Source: an uncultured Chloroflexia bacterium
GTDB lineage: Bacteria; Chloroflexota; Anaerolineae; B4-G1; SLSP01
Reading direction: 5' to 3'
NCBI GenBank assembly: GCA_963751345.1
Contig: CAVVUS010000022.1
Location: 64,001-128,000 of the forward strand
Length of the DNA: 64,000 nucleotides
Shown here: piece after piece, positions 1-10,462 of the stretch
Layout of the letters: the number at the start of each line of letters is the position of its first letter
How positions within the stretch are numbered: position 1 is the first letter of the stretch
The notes under the pieces: generated by a model
The model's database searches: none
What the model saw: only the letters and a program-made list of their open reading frames with translations
What the model was told of the DNA's origin: nothing
Position numbers and translations under genes: made by a program

Positions 1-1527
1 TGGGAGGATACCTGTCGCGGCTTCGACTTCTCCAGAAAGCTGGCTAACGAGGAACTGGATGCCCGGCTGCGGCGCCTCGTCGCGATGATCGACACGCGCG
101 GTGAGGGTGTGGCACTCGTCGTCCTCAATACGCTGGGCTGGCAGCGCACCGACGTCGTCTATGCCACGGTCGGCTTCACCGAGGCAACTGCGGACGGCCT
201 GGACGTGCTTGGGCCGGACGGAAGGACGGTCCCCGTCCAGGTGCTGGAGGCTGAGCGCGCCGACAACGGGGCCCTCATACGCGCAAAGGTGGCCTTTGTC
301 GCGGAGGATGTGCCGGCCCTGGGGTATGCCGTGTATCGCGTGGTTCCGCGTCCGGGTGTGAGGAACGATCGCCCGGCACGCGGCGACAGCATTCTCGAAA
401 ACGAGGTCTGCCGCGTGGAGGTCGACCCTGCGGACGGGACCATTCTCAGCCTGGTCGACAGGCGCTCCGGGTGGGATGCGATCGACGGCAGGGCCAATGT
501 CGTGGCGATGGAGGAGGACCACGGCGACCTATGGGAGCCTTACCGCGGCCTCAACGGTGGTCAAGCCGTCACGATGAAGGAGCGCCATCCCGCGCCGCAG
601 GGGTCCGCAGCGCTTAGCGGAACCGCCGGCGTCATCACCCACGGGCCGGTGTTCTCTGAGTTCTGCGGTGAGGACGGCAACCTCAGCACGCGGATTCGCC
701 TCTTCGCCGGCCTGCCGCGGGTTGAGATCCATACCCGACTTCTCAACACCGACAGCCACGTCCGCTACCGGGCCTGCTTCCCGACCTCCATCCGCCACGG
801 GACGAGCTTTCACGAGATCCCATTCGGCGCCGTGCCCCATCCCGAGGGTGTCGAGTGCCCGGCGCAGAACTGGATTGATCACGGCGACGGCAGCAAGGGA
901 CTGGCACTGCTCAACCGTGGCCTTCCGGGCAACAACGTCGCCGATGACGTCGTGCTGCTGTCGCTCCTGCGCAGCGCCACCATCGGCGGGTACGGCTATG
1001 GCGGGGGCTACGAGCCGGGGATGGGATCCGACACAGGGCTGGAGCTCGGCAAGCACTTCGCATTCGACTACGCCCTGCTGCCCCACGCCGGTACATGGGC
1101 CGAGGCCGGGATACCCCGTGAAGGGATGGCCTTCAACCACCCCCTCATCGCCGTGACGGCTGCGTCCCGACCCGGTGTACTTCCGCGTCGCTGGGGTTTG
1201 CTGGAGTTGGATAGTCCGGGTATTCTGGTCTCGGCGCTCAAGCCTGGAGAGTCGGGCGACATCGTGCTGCGTCTGGCGGAGGCCGCGGGGCAATCGATCG
1301 AGGGGGTCAGCCTCCGGCTGGCGGTGGATGTGATCTCCGCCGAGGAGGTAAACCTGATGGAGGATCCCGGTCGAGCGCTCGTCCTTAGTGACGGGAGCGT
1401 GCGCCTGGACTTCGGGCCCTTCGAGATCAAGACCATCGTGCTGCGAATGGCCCACGGCGACGGGAGTGGCCCGAGGCTCCCAGATGCAGAGAGGCCGGAC
1501 CACGATTGCGGCGTCACCGGCCCGTGA
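1..1527 (+). CDS. Alpha-mannosidase (GH38), C-terminal part, truncated by the window start
   Basis: Frame is open from base 1. Contains the GH38 C-terminal motifs NTLGWQRTDVV, DVPALGY, HEIPFG, LSLLRS, LVSALKP, VLRLAE and FGPFEIKT. Confidence 0.85.
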   Translation, partial: WEDTCRGFDFSRKLANEELDARLRRLVAMIDTRGEGVALVVLNTLGWQRTDVVYATVGFTEATADGLDVLGPDGRTVPVQVLEAERADNGALIRAKVAFVAEDVPALGYAVYRVVPRPGVRNDRPARGDSILENEVCRVEVDPADGTILSLVDRRSGWDAIDGRANVVAMEEDHGDLWEPYRGLNGGQAVTMKERHPAPQGSAALSGTAGVITHGPVFSEFCGEDGNLSTRIRLFAGLPRVEIHTRLLNTDSHVRYRACFPTSIRHGTSFHEIPFGAVPHPEGVECPAQNWIDHGDGSKGLALLNRGLPGNNVADDVVLLSLLRSATIGGYGYGGGYEPGMGSDTGLELGKHFAFDYALLPHAGTWAEAGIPREGMAFNHPLIAVTAASRPGVLPRRWGLLELDSPGILVSALKPGESGDIVLRLAEAAGQSIEGVSLRLAVDVISAEEVNLMEDPGRALVLSDGSVRLDFGPFEIKTIVLRMAHGDGSGPRLPDAERPDHDCGVTGP

Positions 1528-1603
1528 TGGGGCCGAGGACAAGAATCCATGATCTCGGGCAGGCATCGACTATTGCGGCACACCACAGAGGAGCTGAGTG
1601 CAG

Positions 1604-4513
1604 ATGACGAACACGAGACAACTAGAGCGAATGGTACACGTGAGCGAGATGTGGCAGAAAGCGGCCTGGATGCGAATCCGCTCCCAGATAAGGTTCGCCG
1701 AGCACCTGGCGGCGACGGATGAAGAGCACGAGGCAGCGTGGCAGACCGTGGTCGGAGACGCCAAGGACGCAGCTGCGGAAGCCCTTGCGTCCGCAGGGGT
1801 CGACTGGCCCGCAGTGGTGAGCCGGATTGAGGCCATCCTGGCCCCGATGACGGAAGCTGCCAAGGCACGCACGCTTTACCTGGCGGGCCACGCGCACATC
1901 GATATGAACTGGATGTGGTCGTGGCCCGAGACGGTATCGGTGACCCTCGACACCTTCCGCACGATGTTCGACCTGCTCGAGGAGTTCCCCGAGTTTCACT
2001 TCTCGCAGAGCCAGGCCAGCGTCTACGCGATCGTCGAGACCTATGCACCGGAACTGATGCCTCGCATCGCCCACTACGTGAGAGAGGGGCGTTGGGAGGT
2101 GACGGCCAGTCACTGGGTGGAAAGCGACAAGAACATCGTATCAGGCGAGGCACTCGCCCGCCACATCCTCTACACCCGCGCCGCGATGGCACGCTTGTTT
2201 GGTCTGAGGCCTGAGGATGTGGCCATCGACTGGTCGCCTGACACCTTCGGTCACGCGGCCACCGTGCCCACCTATCTGCGTCAGGGCGGCGTGCGGTATC
2301 TCTATATGCATCGGCCGGGCATCGAGCAACAACCCGTTCCGGAGGCGTTCTGGTGGGAGGCTCGGGACGGCGCGCGCGTCCTGGTGCGCAACGACCAGAG
2401 ACGCGGTTACGGCGGCACCATCCAGCCCGAAAGCGTCATCGAGGCAATGGAGGCGATGCAGCAATCGGTGGGGCTCGACTTCGCCATGCTGGTGTACGGC
2501 GTGGGCGACCACGGCGGGGGTCCAACGCGGCGCGATCTGCTCGCCGCACGCGAGATGAGCAAGTGGCCAATCTTCCCCACCCTCAAGTTCGCGCCCACGC
2601 AGGCTTTTTTCCGCAAGCTGGAACAGGACGGCGGGGATCTGCCGGTCCTGCGAGGCGAGCTGAACACCGAATTCGCCGGGTGCTACACGACGCAGTCGCT
2701 GATCAAGCGCGCCAATCGCCTCGCCGAAGCGCGCCTCGCCGACACCGAATTTGCGGCGGTCGCTGACCGGCTCGCGACGGGCGCTGCCTACCCCGCCGAG
2801 ACCCTGGCCGAGGATTGGCGCCGGACGCTCTTCTCACACTTCCACGACATCATCCCCGGGTCTGGCGTGCGCGACACGCGCACGTACGCCCACGGCCACT
2901 TCCAGGAGACCGCGGCCAGCACGGCGGTGGTCACAACACGGGCACTGCGGCACGTCGCAGCGACCGTGAACACTGCCGCACTCAGCAGCGCCAGCGATAC
3001 CGGTGCGGCACTTCCGGCGTTGTTCACGTCCAGCGGGCAGGGCTCAGGCGCGGGAATCTATGCCGAGGAGGGGCGCATCAGTGTCGCGGACCGCCACGGG
3101 CTGTCGCCCGTTCGCCCCTTCGTGATCTTCAACTGCGACGGCGGTGGACCGGCACGAGGTGGTGCGATTGACCCTTTGGGACCGCGAGCCGGCCGGCACG
3201 CCGGTCCCGTTTCACAGCAAGGTCTTCGAAGCACGCGACGCCGCCGGCCAGCCGCTGGCAGCACAGGTCGTGGGCCAGAGCGCAGCGTGGGGGCACCAGA
3301 ACCAGACGTTGGCCGTGCCGGTGACCGTGCCCGCCTTGGGCTACACCACAGTCGTGCTCTCTGAGAGCATGGCGCCGCCTGCGGTCGTTCCGGGCGCCTG
3401 GCTCACCCGCCACAAGCACCACTGCGTCTACTCGAGCGTGGAGCGCGATGTGATCGGGCTGGAAAACGATCTGGTCGCTGTTGCCTTTGACAAGCAGACC
3501 GGGCGGATCGTCTCCTACTTCGACAAGGTGGCGAACGCGGAAAGGGTCGACGCCTCGACGGGTGGCATAGGCTTCGAGTTCAGCGTGGAGCGCCCGCATA
3601 CCATGACCGCGTGGGTGATCGAGAACAGCGGGCCAACCGAGTATCCGGCACTCCGGCAGGTCACCGAGGTCGCGGACGGCCCGTACGTTGCCGAACTGAC
3701 GTTGACCTATGGCATACGGGCCTCCACGATCAAGGCACGGTACGCCCTCCACGCGGGTGACGCCGCGTTACACATCGACCTGGAGATCGACTGGTTCGAG
3801 CGCGGCGATGCCGAGACCGGCGTGCCGAACCTGCGCCTGGCTGTGCCCACGGCGCTCGAGGACCCGACAGCGCGGTACGAGATACCTTTCGGGGCCCTAG
3901 ACCGGGCGACGGCCCGTGACCAGGAGGTGCCGGCTCTCCGTTGGGCCTGCCTCTCGGGCGCGTCGAGGACCGGGCCGCGTCCGTGGTTCTCTTCAACGAC
4001 TGCAAGCACGGCCACGCCGTGGATGGGGCGACGCTCCGGCTGAACCTGATCCGTTCGAGCTACGATCCTGATCCCTTGCCTGAGATCGACCGACACCTCG
4101 TGCGGCTGGCGCTTCTCGCGACCGAGGGCGTGCCGACCGATGCGACACTGATGGCTCGCGCTGCAGCACACAACCAGCCGCTGCTGGCTATCGGCACCGA
4201 CGTCCACGACGGACGGCTGCCGGTTTCGCAGAGCCTGCTGACCGTGAGTGGCGCCGATGCGGCGCTCTCCGGCCTCAAGTGGGCGGAGTCGGGCGAGGGA
4301 CTGGTTGTGCGGCTGACCAACTCAAGTGACGAGCCGGCTACCGCTCAAGTGGGATGTGCGGAGATCCTTGGAAGCTTGGAATCGGCGCAGGCGCTCGATC
4401 TGATGGAGCGTCCCCTCGGCGCTGCATCGCCCGCGCGGGCAGGCGCAGTATCGCTCACGGTCCCTGCCCACGGGCTCAGCACCTGGCTGATTCGGGTAAC
4501 CGATAACCCTTGA
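1604..4513 (+). CDS. Alpha-mannosidase (GH38), split by two frameshifts (~3140 and ~3960)
   Basis: N-terminal motifs HAHIDMNWMW, WSPDTFGH, GVGDHGGGPT and FHDIIPG. ORFs 3144..4043 (YEIPFG, QEVPALRW) and 3941..4513 (LRLNLIRSSYDPDPLPE, LKWAE) continue the same family. GAGGAG lies upstream. Confidence 0.85.
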
Positions 4514-4577
4514 CGGGCCGGATCAGATAGAGCCAATCCCGCAAGATCGGAACGACCTGCTAAGTCGCAGAATGCAG

Positions 4578-4611
4578 ACCGGGGGACAGCGCTGACGCGC
4601 CGTCCCCCGGT
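4578..4611. terminator. GC-rich hairpin between the convergent mannosidase and tRNA/hypothetical genes
   Basis: accgggggacagcgc-tgac-gcgccgtcccccggt forms a 15-bp stem with one mismatch. Confidence 0.6.
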
Positions 4612-4628
4612 TCAAGTTGTGCGCCGCT

Positions 4629-4705
4629 TGGTACCCCAGAGAGGACTTGAACCTCTAACCTTGTGCTTAGAAGGCACTTGCTCTATCCGATTGAGCTACT
4701 GGGGC
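4629..4705 (-). tRNA. tRNA-Arg(TCT)
   Basis: Reverse complement reads GCCCCAGTAGCTCAATCGGATAGAGCAAGTGCCTTCTAAGCACAAGGTTAGAGGTTCAAGTCCTCTCTGGGGTACCA: cloverleaf, anticodon loop CTTCTAA, T-loop GTTCAAG, encoded CCA. Confidence 0.97.
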
Positions 4706-4718
4706 GAAAAGTGCGCCG

Positions 4719-5174
4719 CTATCTTCCCTTGACAATCGGGCGCAGGCCCAGGCGCACAGTCCGGCCTGCCAACACCCGCAGGACCTGCTCGGGCCGGTGT
4801 CCCACGAGCGGCGCTAGTTTTCGCGACGTTAACGGCTGATTTGCGTTGCTCAAGAAAGCTCGAAAGACGGCCTCGATCAGGGTCGGAGCCTGCAGAACAT
4901 AGCCCGGCTGCTGGCTGCAGTGCGTGGTAATCACGTATTGCAGGCCATCGACGGGGCGCACCTCGCCGGTTTCCCAATCCACCCAATCGATCTCGTCACC
5001 CATGGGCTGCCCTTCAAAGGCTTCCCGGTGCTCCGGGCAGAGATGCGACACTAGCTTGATATTGACGTCCAGCCCCTCGTGCTCCCACCAATCGAAATCA
5101 ATGTGGAAAGGTGTGTCCAGCGTGGGTTTGATGAACTGAGTAAGTGCGGGGTCCGGTGGAAGCGCGACCATCAT
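4719..5174 (-). CDS. Hypothetical protein with possible Cys/His metal site and C-terminal winged helix
   Basis: 151-aa ORF whose start overlaps the upstream stop (ATGA). Motifs HLCPEH...HCS and TLIEAVFRAFLSNANQPLTSRKL. Confidence 0.75.
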   Translation of the reverse strand: MMVALPPDPALTQFIKPTLDTPFHIDFDWWEHEGLDVNIKLVSHLCPEHREAFEGQPMGDEIDWVDWETGEVRPVDGLQYVITTHCSQQPGYVLQAPTLIEAVFRAFLSNANQPLTSRKLAPLVGHRPEQVLRVLAGRTVRLGLRPIVKGR

Positions 5175-6736
5175 TCCTCCCCTCGATAGGCCCAGTAGTT
5201 GTCACCCAAAGACACGTAACGTGGCGAGGTCACCAGCGCGGCGAGCATCGGCGCCGGGGGCACCCGACGCATCAGGTTCAACACGCTGTACAGTGTCATC
5301 GCGTGCACCGCCCGCTGCAAACTGAGTCCCGCCAGACCGCTGAAAGCGCGCTCCAACAGGGATTCCAACGATGCCCGGTTGAACTGGTCACGCAAGGCAT
5401 CCACAGCCGACGGATCGTCCACTGCAATCGCTGCCAACTCGTCAAACTCGCACGCAGCCGGCACGCGGGTCACTTCAAAAACGAGATTGTCGCCTTCCAC
5501 GGTGACGGTGCGCAGCCACTCACGCCGTTGCGACTTGATCTGCCGCACGCTGACGCGAACGAGCCCGGGTTCCTCGCCCTGGGCCATGTCAACGTACGCC
5601 CCGACAAAGACCTGCTTGCTCTTGTACCACTCCGCCAACCCATAGACGTAGCGACCGCTTCGCACTACCCAGCCGGGGAACTCGCGGCCCGTCTGATCGT
5701 CCACGAACGTGAATCGGATGCGGTCGGTAACCCGCGCCGTCGGGAAGAAGTTCGCGACGTGTGAGGCCAGTGGCAGCGTGCCACTGCGCCAGTGGGGATA
5801 GTTGAGCACGATGGTGACCGGCTCACCGTCTGCCACCGCTACCGGCAGCTCCGACCACTCATCGGCGACCTGCTGCTCAAGCGAGAGCATCACGCTGTCC
5901 AGGACCTGCCGGTTATGAGGGATCGGGATATATTGTAGCTGCCGGGGCGTCTCCAGGACGCCCTTTGGCTCCAGGCTGCGCAGGTGCCACAGGGCATAGC
6001 CCGCCGGCCCCACCTCGTCGAAGCGGTGATCGCGCAGGAGCGTGTACTCCAACGAGAAACGCTGCAAAGGTTCGGAGATCTCATCAGGCAGGTCGATCTC
6101 GTTGAGCAGGTCATCGGTGCGCACCGGGCCGCCGCCCGCCATATCGAGCATCGCCTCGACAATATTGATCTGGCCGGGCGATATGTCGATGAGCAGGGCC
6201 CGCACGAACCACATAGGCCCGATACTCACGAACTGCGCGCTGGTCTCCAACGCCCGCTGCAGCTTGGAACGAATCTCGTCCCCATACGCTGCGTAGATCT
6301 CCTCGGCTGTGACCTCATCGTCGGGCAGATACGTCGCAGTATTGAGCGGATGCGGCTGCGCGAGATCGGCAGCAAACTCACGCTCCCCGTCATCCTCGAT
6401 CTTGAGACTGACCACCGAGAAAGGCTCGTACTCCGGGTTTCGTCCCGGGCGGACGCCCACGACCTCACCCTTGATGTTGCCCAAATGAGCCAGGATCACA
6501 TTGTCGCCGACTTCATAGCTCTCGCCCGGGCGATAGATGCGGCCCTGCGAGAGAGTGTCTTCCAGGAGGCTCGTGACCTGTTCGAACCGGTAACGGGTCA
6601 ACTCAGATGCGAGTTCGTCCAGCGTGTGGGGTCGCTCGCTTTCAACGAGGAAGTTGACGAGGTGCTCAAGGTCCTTTGCCAGAACGGTGAATTGCTCCCA
6701 ATACTGATCGTTGCTCAACGTGCTACTAGTGCTCAT
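5171..6736 (-). CDS. Hypothetical protein with repeated winged-helix-like segments
   Basis: 521-aa ORF with protein-like composition and a TATAAT-type promoter upstream; see findings. Confidence 0.8.
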   Translation of the reverse strand: MSTSSTLSNDQYWEQFTVLAKDLEHLVNFLVESERPHTLDELASELTRYRFEQVTSLLEDTLSQGRIYRPGESYEVGDNVILAHLGNIKGEVVGVRPGRNPEYEPFSVVSLKIEDDGEREFAADLAQPHPLNTATYLPDDEVTAEEIYAAYGDEIRSKLQRALETSAQFVSIGPMWFVRALLIDISPGQINIVEAMLDMAGGGPVRTDDLLNEIDLPDEISEPLQRFSLEYTLLRDHRFDEVGPAGYALWHLRSLEPKGVLETPRQLQYIPIPHNRQVLDSVMLSLEQQVADEWSELPVAVADGEPVTIVLNYPHWRSGTLPLASHVANFFPTARVTDRIRFTFVDDQTGREFPGWVVRSGRYVYGLAEWYKSKQVFVGAYVDMAQGEEPGLVRVSVRQIKSQRREWLRTVTVEGDNLVFEVTRVPAACEFDELAAIAVDDPSAVDALRDQFNRASLESLLERAFSGLAGLSLQRAVHAMTLYSVLNLMRRVPPAPMLAALVTSPRYVSLGDNYWAYRGEE

Positions 6737-6820
6737 AAGCCTCGCAATCTGGACCCGCCAACAATCAATGTAGGCTTGTTTTCATACCACCAGTGGGCAT
6801 TATACCAGGACTCAACCCTA

Positions 6821-6847
6821 TTGACAACTGTCACACTCTGTTACACT
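6821..6847 (+). promoter_or_regulatory. Sigma70-type promoter for the DUF2007-trmFO operon
   Basis: TTGACA (6821-6826) and extended -10 TGtTACACT (6839-6847); spacer is only 15 nt. Overlapping palindrome tgaca-ac-tgtca. Confidence 0.45.
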
Positions 6848-6899
6848 AAGGCCCCCGGCAAAGCGGGGCAACAGGAATCACGCGGAAAGGAATATCCGT

Positions 6900-7244
6900 A
6901 TGGGAAGTGATGATTGGGATGCAGGGCTCGTGACGGTCTACGTGACGCACGGTATGCTGCGCGCCAACGTGATCAAAGGTTTGTTTGAGAGCGCGGGAAT
7001 TCCGTCGATGTTGACGTATGAGGCGGCGGGTCCTGCCATCGGGCTGACCGTCGACGGCCTGGGGCGGGTCGAGATCAGGGTTCCTGCAAAGTGGGCGCAG
7101 GAGGCACGCGACCTGCTGGAGGCGGAGCCGGTCGATACGGCAGAAAGCGCTGCGGACGAAGACGACGATGGGTTCGATGACGATGAGTTCGACGAGGATG
7201 AGTCTGACGAGGATGCCAACACCTCCCGCCAAGGAGCATCGTGA
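6900..7244 (+). CDS. DUF2007-like putative signal-transducing protein with acidic tail
   Basis: Pattern [14 protein letters not shown]...VEIRVP...ARDLL followed by an Asp/Glu tail; GTGA overlap with trmFO. Confidence 0.75.
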   Translation: MGSDDWDAGLVTVYVTHGMLRANVIKGLFESAGIPSMLTYEAAGPAIGLTVDGLGRVEIRVPAKWAQEARDLLEAEPVDTAESAADEDDDGFDDDEFDEDESDEDANTSRQGAS

Positions 7245-8626
7245 GCGACACGGTCACCGTCATCGGAGGCGGGCTGGCCGGATGTGAGGCAGCGTGGCAG
7301 GCGGCGCGCTCTGGGGCCCGTGTGATCCTCTATGAAATGCGCCCGCACACCACGACGCCGGCACACACCACCGGCGAGTTGGCCGAACTGGTCTGCTCGA
7401 ACTCGCTTGGCTCCAACCTCGTCGGGCGTGCGCCAGGCCTGCTCAAGGAGGAATTGCGGAGGTTGGGATCGCTTGTCATCGACGTAGCCGATGCCACGTG
7501 CCTGCCGGCGGGGAGTGCACTGGCCGTGGATCGGGAGGGCTTTGCCGCCGCGGTAACCGCACGTATCGAGGCCAATCCGGCGATCACGTTGGTGCGGCGG
7601 GAAATCACAGACGTGCCAAATCCTGCCGGCACCGGCCCGGTGATCATCGCCAGCGGCCCCCTCACCTCACCGTCCCTGGCACAGTCGCTTCAAGAGCTGA
7701 TGGGCCGTGAAAACCTTTACTTCTTCGATGCCATTGCCCCCATCGTGGAGGCAGAGAGCATCGATATGTCGATCGCATTCCGCGCCTCACGGTACGACAG
7801 AGGCGAGTCGGAGGATGGGGACTACATCAACTGCCCCATGACCGAAGCGGAGTATGACGCGTTCTATGAAGCCCTCGTGGGCGCCGAGCGCATCCCACTG
7901 CCGGAGTTTGACACAGCCTCGCCGGGGCCGTCGTCTGAAGCCGAGACCGCCGATCATTGCTTCTTCGAGGGGTGTCTTCCGGTGGAGGTCCTGGCAGCCC
8001 GCGGAAAACGGGCCCTCGCTTTCGGACCGCTGCGCCCGGTGGGGCTCAGCGACCCGCGCACCGGCGGGCGCCCCTATGCCGTCGTGCAGTTGCGCCAGGA
8101 CGACGCGGCGGGCACCCTCTACAATCTCGTGGGGTTCCAGACGAACCTGAGATACGGCGAGCAGGACCGGGTTCTGCGGATGATCCCGGGATTGGGCGGG
8201 GCAGAGTTCGTGCGTTATGGCTCGATGCACCGGAACACGTACGTCAACGCACCGACGCTTCTCCAACCGACGCTCCAGCTTCGGCCCCGCCACGACCTGC
8301 CGAATGCCGAGCACTTGCTGCTGGCGGGCCAGGTCGCGGGCCTGGAGGGCTATGCGGGCAACGTCGCCGGAGGATGGCTCGCAGGTATCAACGCGGCCCG
8401 GTTGCTGACCGGCCTTCCTCCGGTGACGATGCCCGAGGAAACGATGATCGGTGCCCTGATGCACTACATCACGCACGCAGCGCCCAAGGGCTTCCAGCCG
8501 ATGAAGGCCAACTTCGGGCTGATGCCCCCGCTTGAGACGCGCGTGCGGGGCAAGCGCGCTCGGGGCGAGGCACACTCAGAACGCGCGCTCGCCGCGCTGG
8601 CCGACGTGGCTGGAGACCCATCCTGA
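7241..8626 (+). CDS. trmFO: FADH2/folate-dependent tRNA (uracil-54-C5)-methyltransferase TrmFO
   Basis: [63 protein letters not shown]. Confidence 0.96.
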   Translation: MSDTVTVIGGGLAGCEAAWQAARSGARVILYEMRPHTTTPAHTTGELAELVCSNSLGSNLVGRAPGLLKEELRRLGSLVIDVADATCLPAGSALAVDREGFAAAVTARIEANPAITLVRREITDVPNPAGTGPVIIASGPLTSPSLAQSLQELMGRENLYFFDAIAPIVEAESIDMSIAFRASRYDRGESEDGDYINCPMTEAEYDAFYEALVGAERIPLPEFDTASPGPSSEAETADHCFFEGCLPVEVLAARGKRALAFGPLRPVGLSDPRTGGRPYAVVQLRQDDAAGTLYNLVGFQTNLRYGEQDRVLRMIPGLGGAEFVRYGSMHRNTYVNAPTLLQPTLQLRPRHDLPNAEHLLLAGQVAGLEGYAGNVAGGWLAGINAARLLTGLPPVTMPEETMIGALMHYITHAAPKGFQPMKANFGLMPPLETRVRGKRARGEAHSERALAALADVAGDPS

Positions 8627-8667
8627 ACTGAGCGCCTGACCCGCTCCCCCGGTGAGTCCGCAATCGC

Positions 8668-9891
8668 TTACGAGTTAGGCCGCACCCCCAGCACGACGGG
8701 CACGACCGACGTCTCACCGTCGCGCCAGTACGTCACCTGCACGGTATCTCCCGGCTGCTTGTAGGTCTCCAGGTAGGCAATCAGATCCTTCGCCGTCGTC
8801 ATCGGCGCGTCGTCGAGGGCGGTGATCACGTCTCCCCCCACAGGGATCTGCCCGTAACGCGTGCTGATCTGCTGCTGTGCACCCCGCAGTCCCGCTTGGG
8901 CTGCCCCCGAGTCGGGGTCGACCGTGATCAGCAGCAGCCCCTGATCGGGTACGTCATAGCCCTGATCGTGGAGAAGCTGAACGAGCTGCGGCGTCAGCAA
9001 GGCGTCACCCACTCCCATCCAAGGGTGCTGGTACGAGCCGGTCGAGATCAACTGCGGCACCACGCGCTTGACCAACCGGGCCGGGATGGCGAACCCGATG
9101 CCGGCGTTCGCCTGGCTCGGGCTGACGATCTGGGCATTGACGCCGATAACCCGCCCTTCTAGGTCCAGCAGTGGTCCGCCCGAGTTACCTGGGTTGATCG
9201 CGGCATCGGTTTGGATAGCCTCGCCGATATAGCGATTGTCCGGACTCTGGATGATCCGCCCAAGGCTGCTGATCACGCCGAAACTCACCGACTGCTCCAG
9301 GCCAAAGGGGTTGCCGATAGCGACGACGAACTGGCCGATCGTGAGGGCCTCGGAGTCTCCCAGGGTAACGGGGTGCAGCTCGTGCCCCGTTGGGTCAACC
9401 TTAACGATCGCGAGATCGGAGGTGGGATCCTGCCCCACAACATCCGCAACCAGCGTTGTTCCGTCCTTGAAGGTCACGTTGATCGTGTCGGCTCCCTCGA
9501 CCACGTGATAGTTCGTCACAATGTGGCCCTGATCGTCGTAGACGAAGCCGGAACCGGTGCCTTCCTGGGATACAGGATTGTAGAAAAAATCGTAACCAAT
9601 AACGGTGACACCAATATTGACAACCGAATCGCCGGCTGCGGCGTAGACAGCCTCCACCTGCGTCTGCAAGTTCGAAAGCGCATTATCAGGGGGGGCGACG
9701 ACCAGCGGCGCCACCGTCGCGGGCACTGCCGTAGGGGCACCTGTCACGGCAGGTGGCACAGTCGCGACCGGTACAGTCGGCACCGGCTGTTGGCTAACCA
9801 ACGTGGGCACGGATAGACAGCCAAGGGACAACACGACGAGCAGCGCCGCGATCGGCAGCAGGCGTAACCGCAAGTGAGACTGAGTCTTCAT
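8668..9891 (-). CDS. htrA: HtrA/DegP-family serine protease with PDZ domain, probable lipoprotein
   Basis: Catalytic triad TNYHV / DLA / GNSGG, IQTDAAINP, C-terminal PDZ, lipobox LSLGC. Confidence 0.92.
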   Translation of the reverse strand: MKTQSHLRLRLLPIAALLVVLSLGCLSVPTLVSQQPVPTVPVATVPPAVTGAPTAVPATVAPLVVAPPDNALSNLQTQVEAVYAAAGDSVVNIGVTVIGYDFFYNPVSQEGTGSGFVYDDQGHIVTNYHVVEGADTINVTFKDGTTLVADVVGQDPTSDLAIVKVDPTGHELHPVTLGDSEALTIGQFVVAIGNPFGLEQSVSFGVISSLGRIIQSPDNRYIGEAIQTDAAINPGNSGGPLLDLEGRVIGVNAQIVSPSQANAGIGFAIPARLVKRVVPQLISTGSYQHPWMGVGDALLTPQLVQLLHDQGYDVPDQGLLLITVDPDSGAAQAGLRGAQQQISTRYGQIPVGGDVITALDDAPMTTAKDLIAYLETYKQPGDTVQVTYWRDGETSVVPVVLGVRPNS

Positions 9892-9911
9892 TCTAGCTCC
9901 TGTAAGGTGGG

Positions 9912-10005
9912 AACCTTGCGAAGGTTAGCGCCATGCCCCCTTGAAAGGGTGCCCGGTACACGCAAATGCGTCGGCGAACAGGCACTCAGTAACCTTCGCA
10001 AGGCT
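9912..10005. repeat. Inverted pair of REP-like palindromes (consensus AACCTTCGCAAGGTT)
   Basis: aaccttgcgaaggtt at 9912-9926 and aaccttcgcaaggct at 9991-10005; the same motif recurs at 47694 and 53263. Confidence 0.7.
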
Positions 10006-10026
10006 TTGTATAGCCCGTATTATGCC

Positions 10027-10449
10027 TCAAGGAACCAGAAAAACAGGGCACGGCGCGTGGCGCAGCACCTCGGTGCTGACGTCGCCAAGCAGCAGGTCCG
10101 ATACCTGCGTGGGGCCTCGCGTGCCCAGGACGATCAGCGACACTTCCTCGTCCCGGGCCATCTCGACAATAACCCGCGCCGTCGACGAGCCCGCCGCGAC
10201 GGCTCCCACCGCCGAGACCCCTGCGTTTTGCAGGTACTCAACCGTGTCGCTCACCACCTCGTGAGCGACAGTCTCCAGTTGCTCGACCAGCTGTATATAC
10301 CCCGCCGTCGCCGAGTAGCGCTCCAACGACTGGTAGACGTGCAGGACGACGACCTCCGCCTCCTCCTGCCGCGCCAGGTGCTCCAGGTAGATCAGCGCGC
10401 GCTCTGCAGCGGGCGTAGCATTATGTGCAAACAGGATCTTCCGAAACAT
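10027..10449 (-). CDS. Universal stress protein (UspA family)
   Basis: MFRKILFAH...VLHV...LIVLGTRG...LLGDVSTEVLRHAPCPVFLVP. Confidence 0.92.
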   Translation of the reverse strand: MFRKILFAHNATPAAERALIYLEHLARQEEAEVVVLHVYQSLERYSATAGYIQLVEQLETVAHEVVSDTVEYLQNAGVSAVGAVAAGSSTARVIVEMARDEEVSLIVLGTRGPTQVSDLLLGDVSTEVLRHAPCPVFLVP

Positions 10450-10462
10450 GCAGGCCTCTCTC

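Noticed and set aside
4514-4705. tRNA-Arg as the integration site of a genomic island
   Set aside because: No integrase and no duplicated tRNA 3' end are visible in the window; cannot be excluded beyond the left edge.
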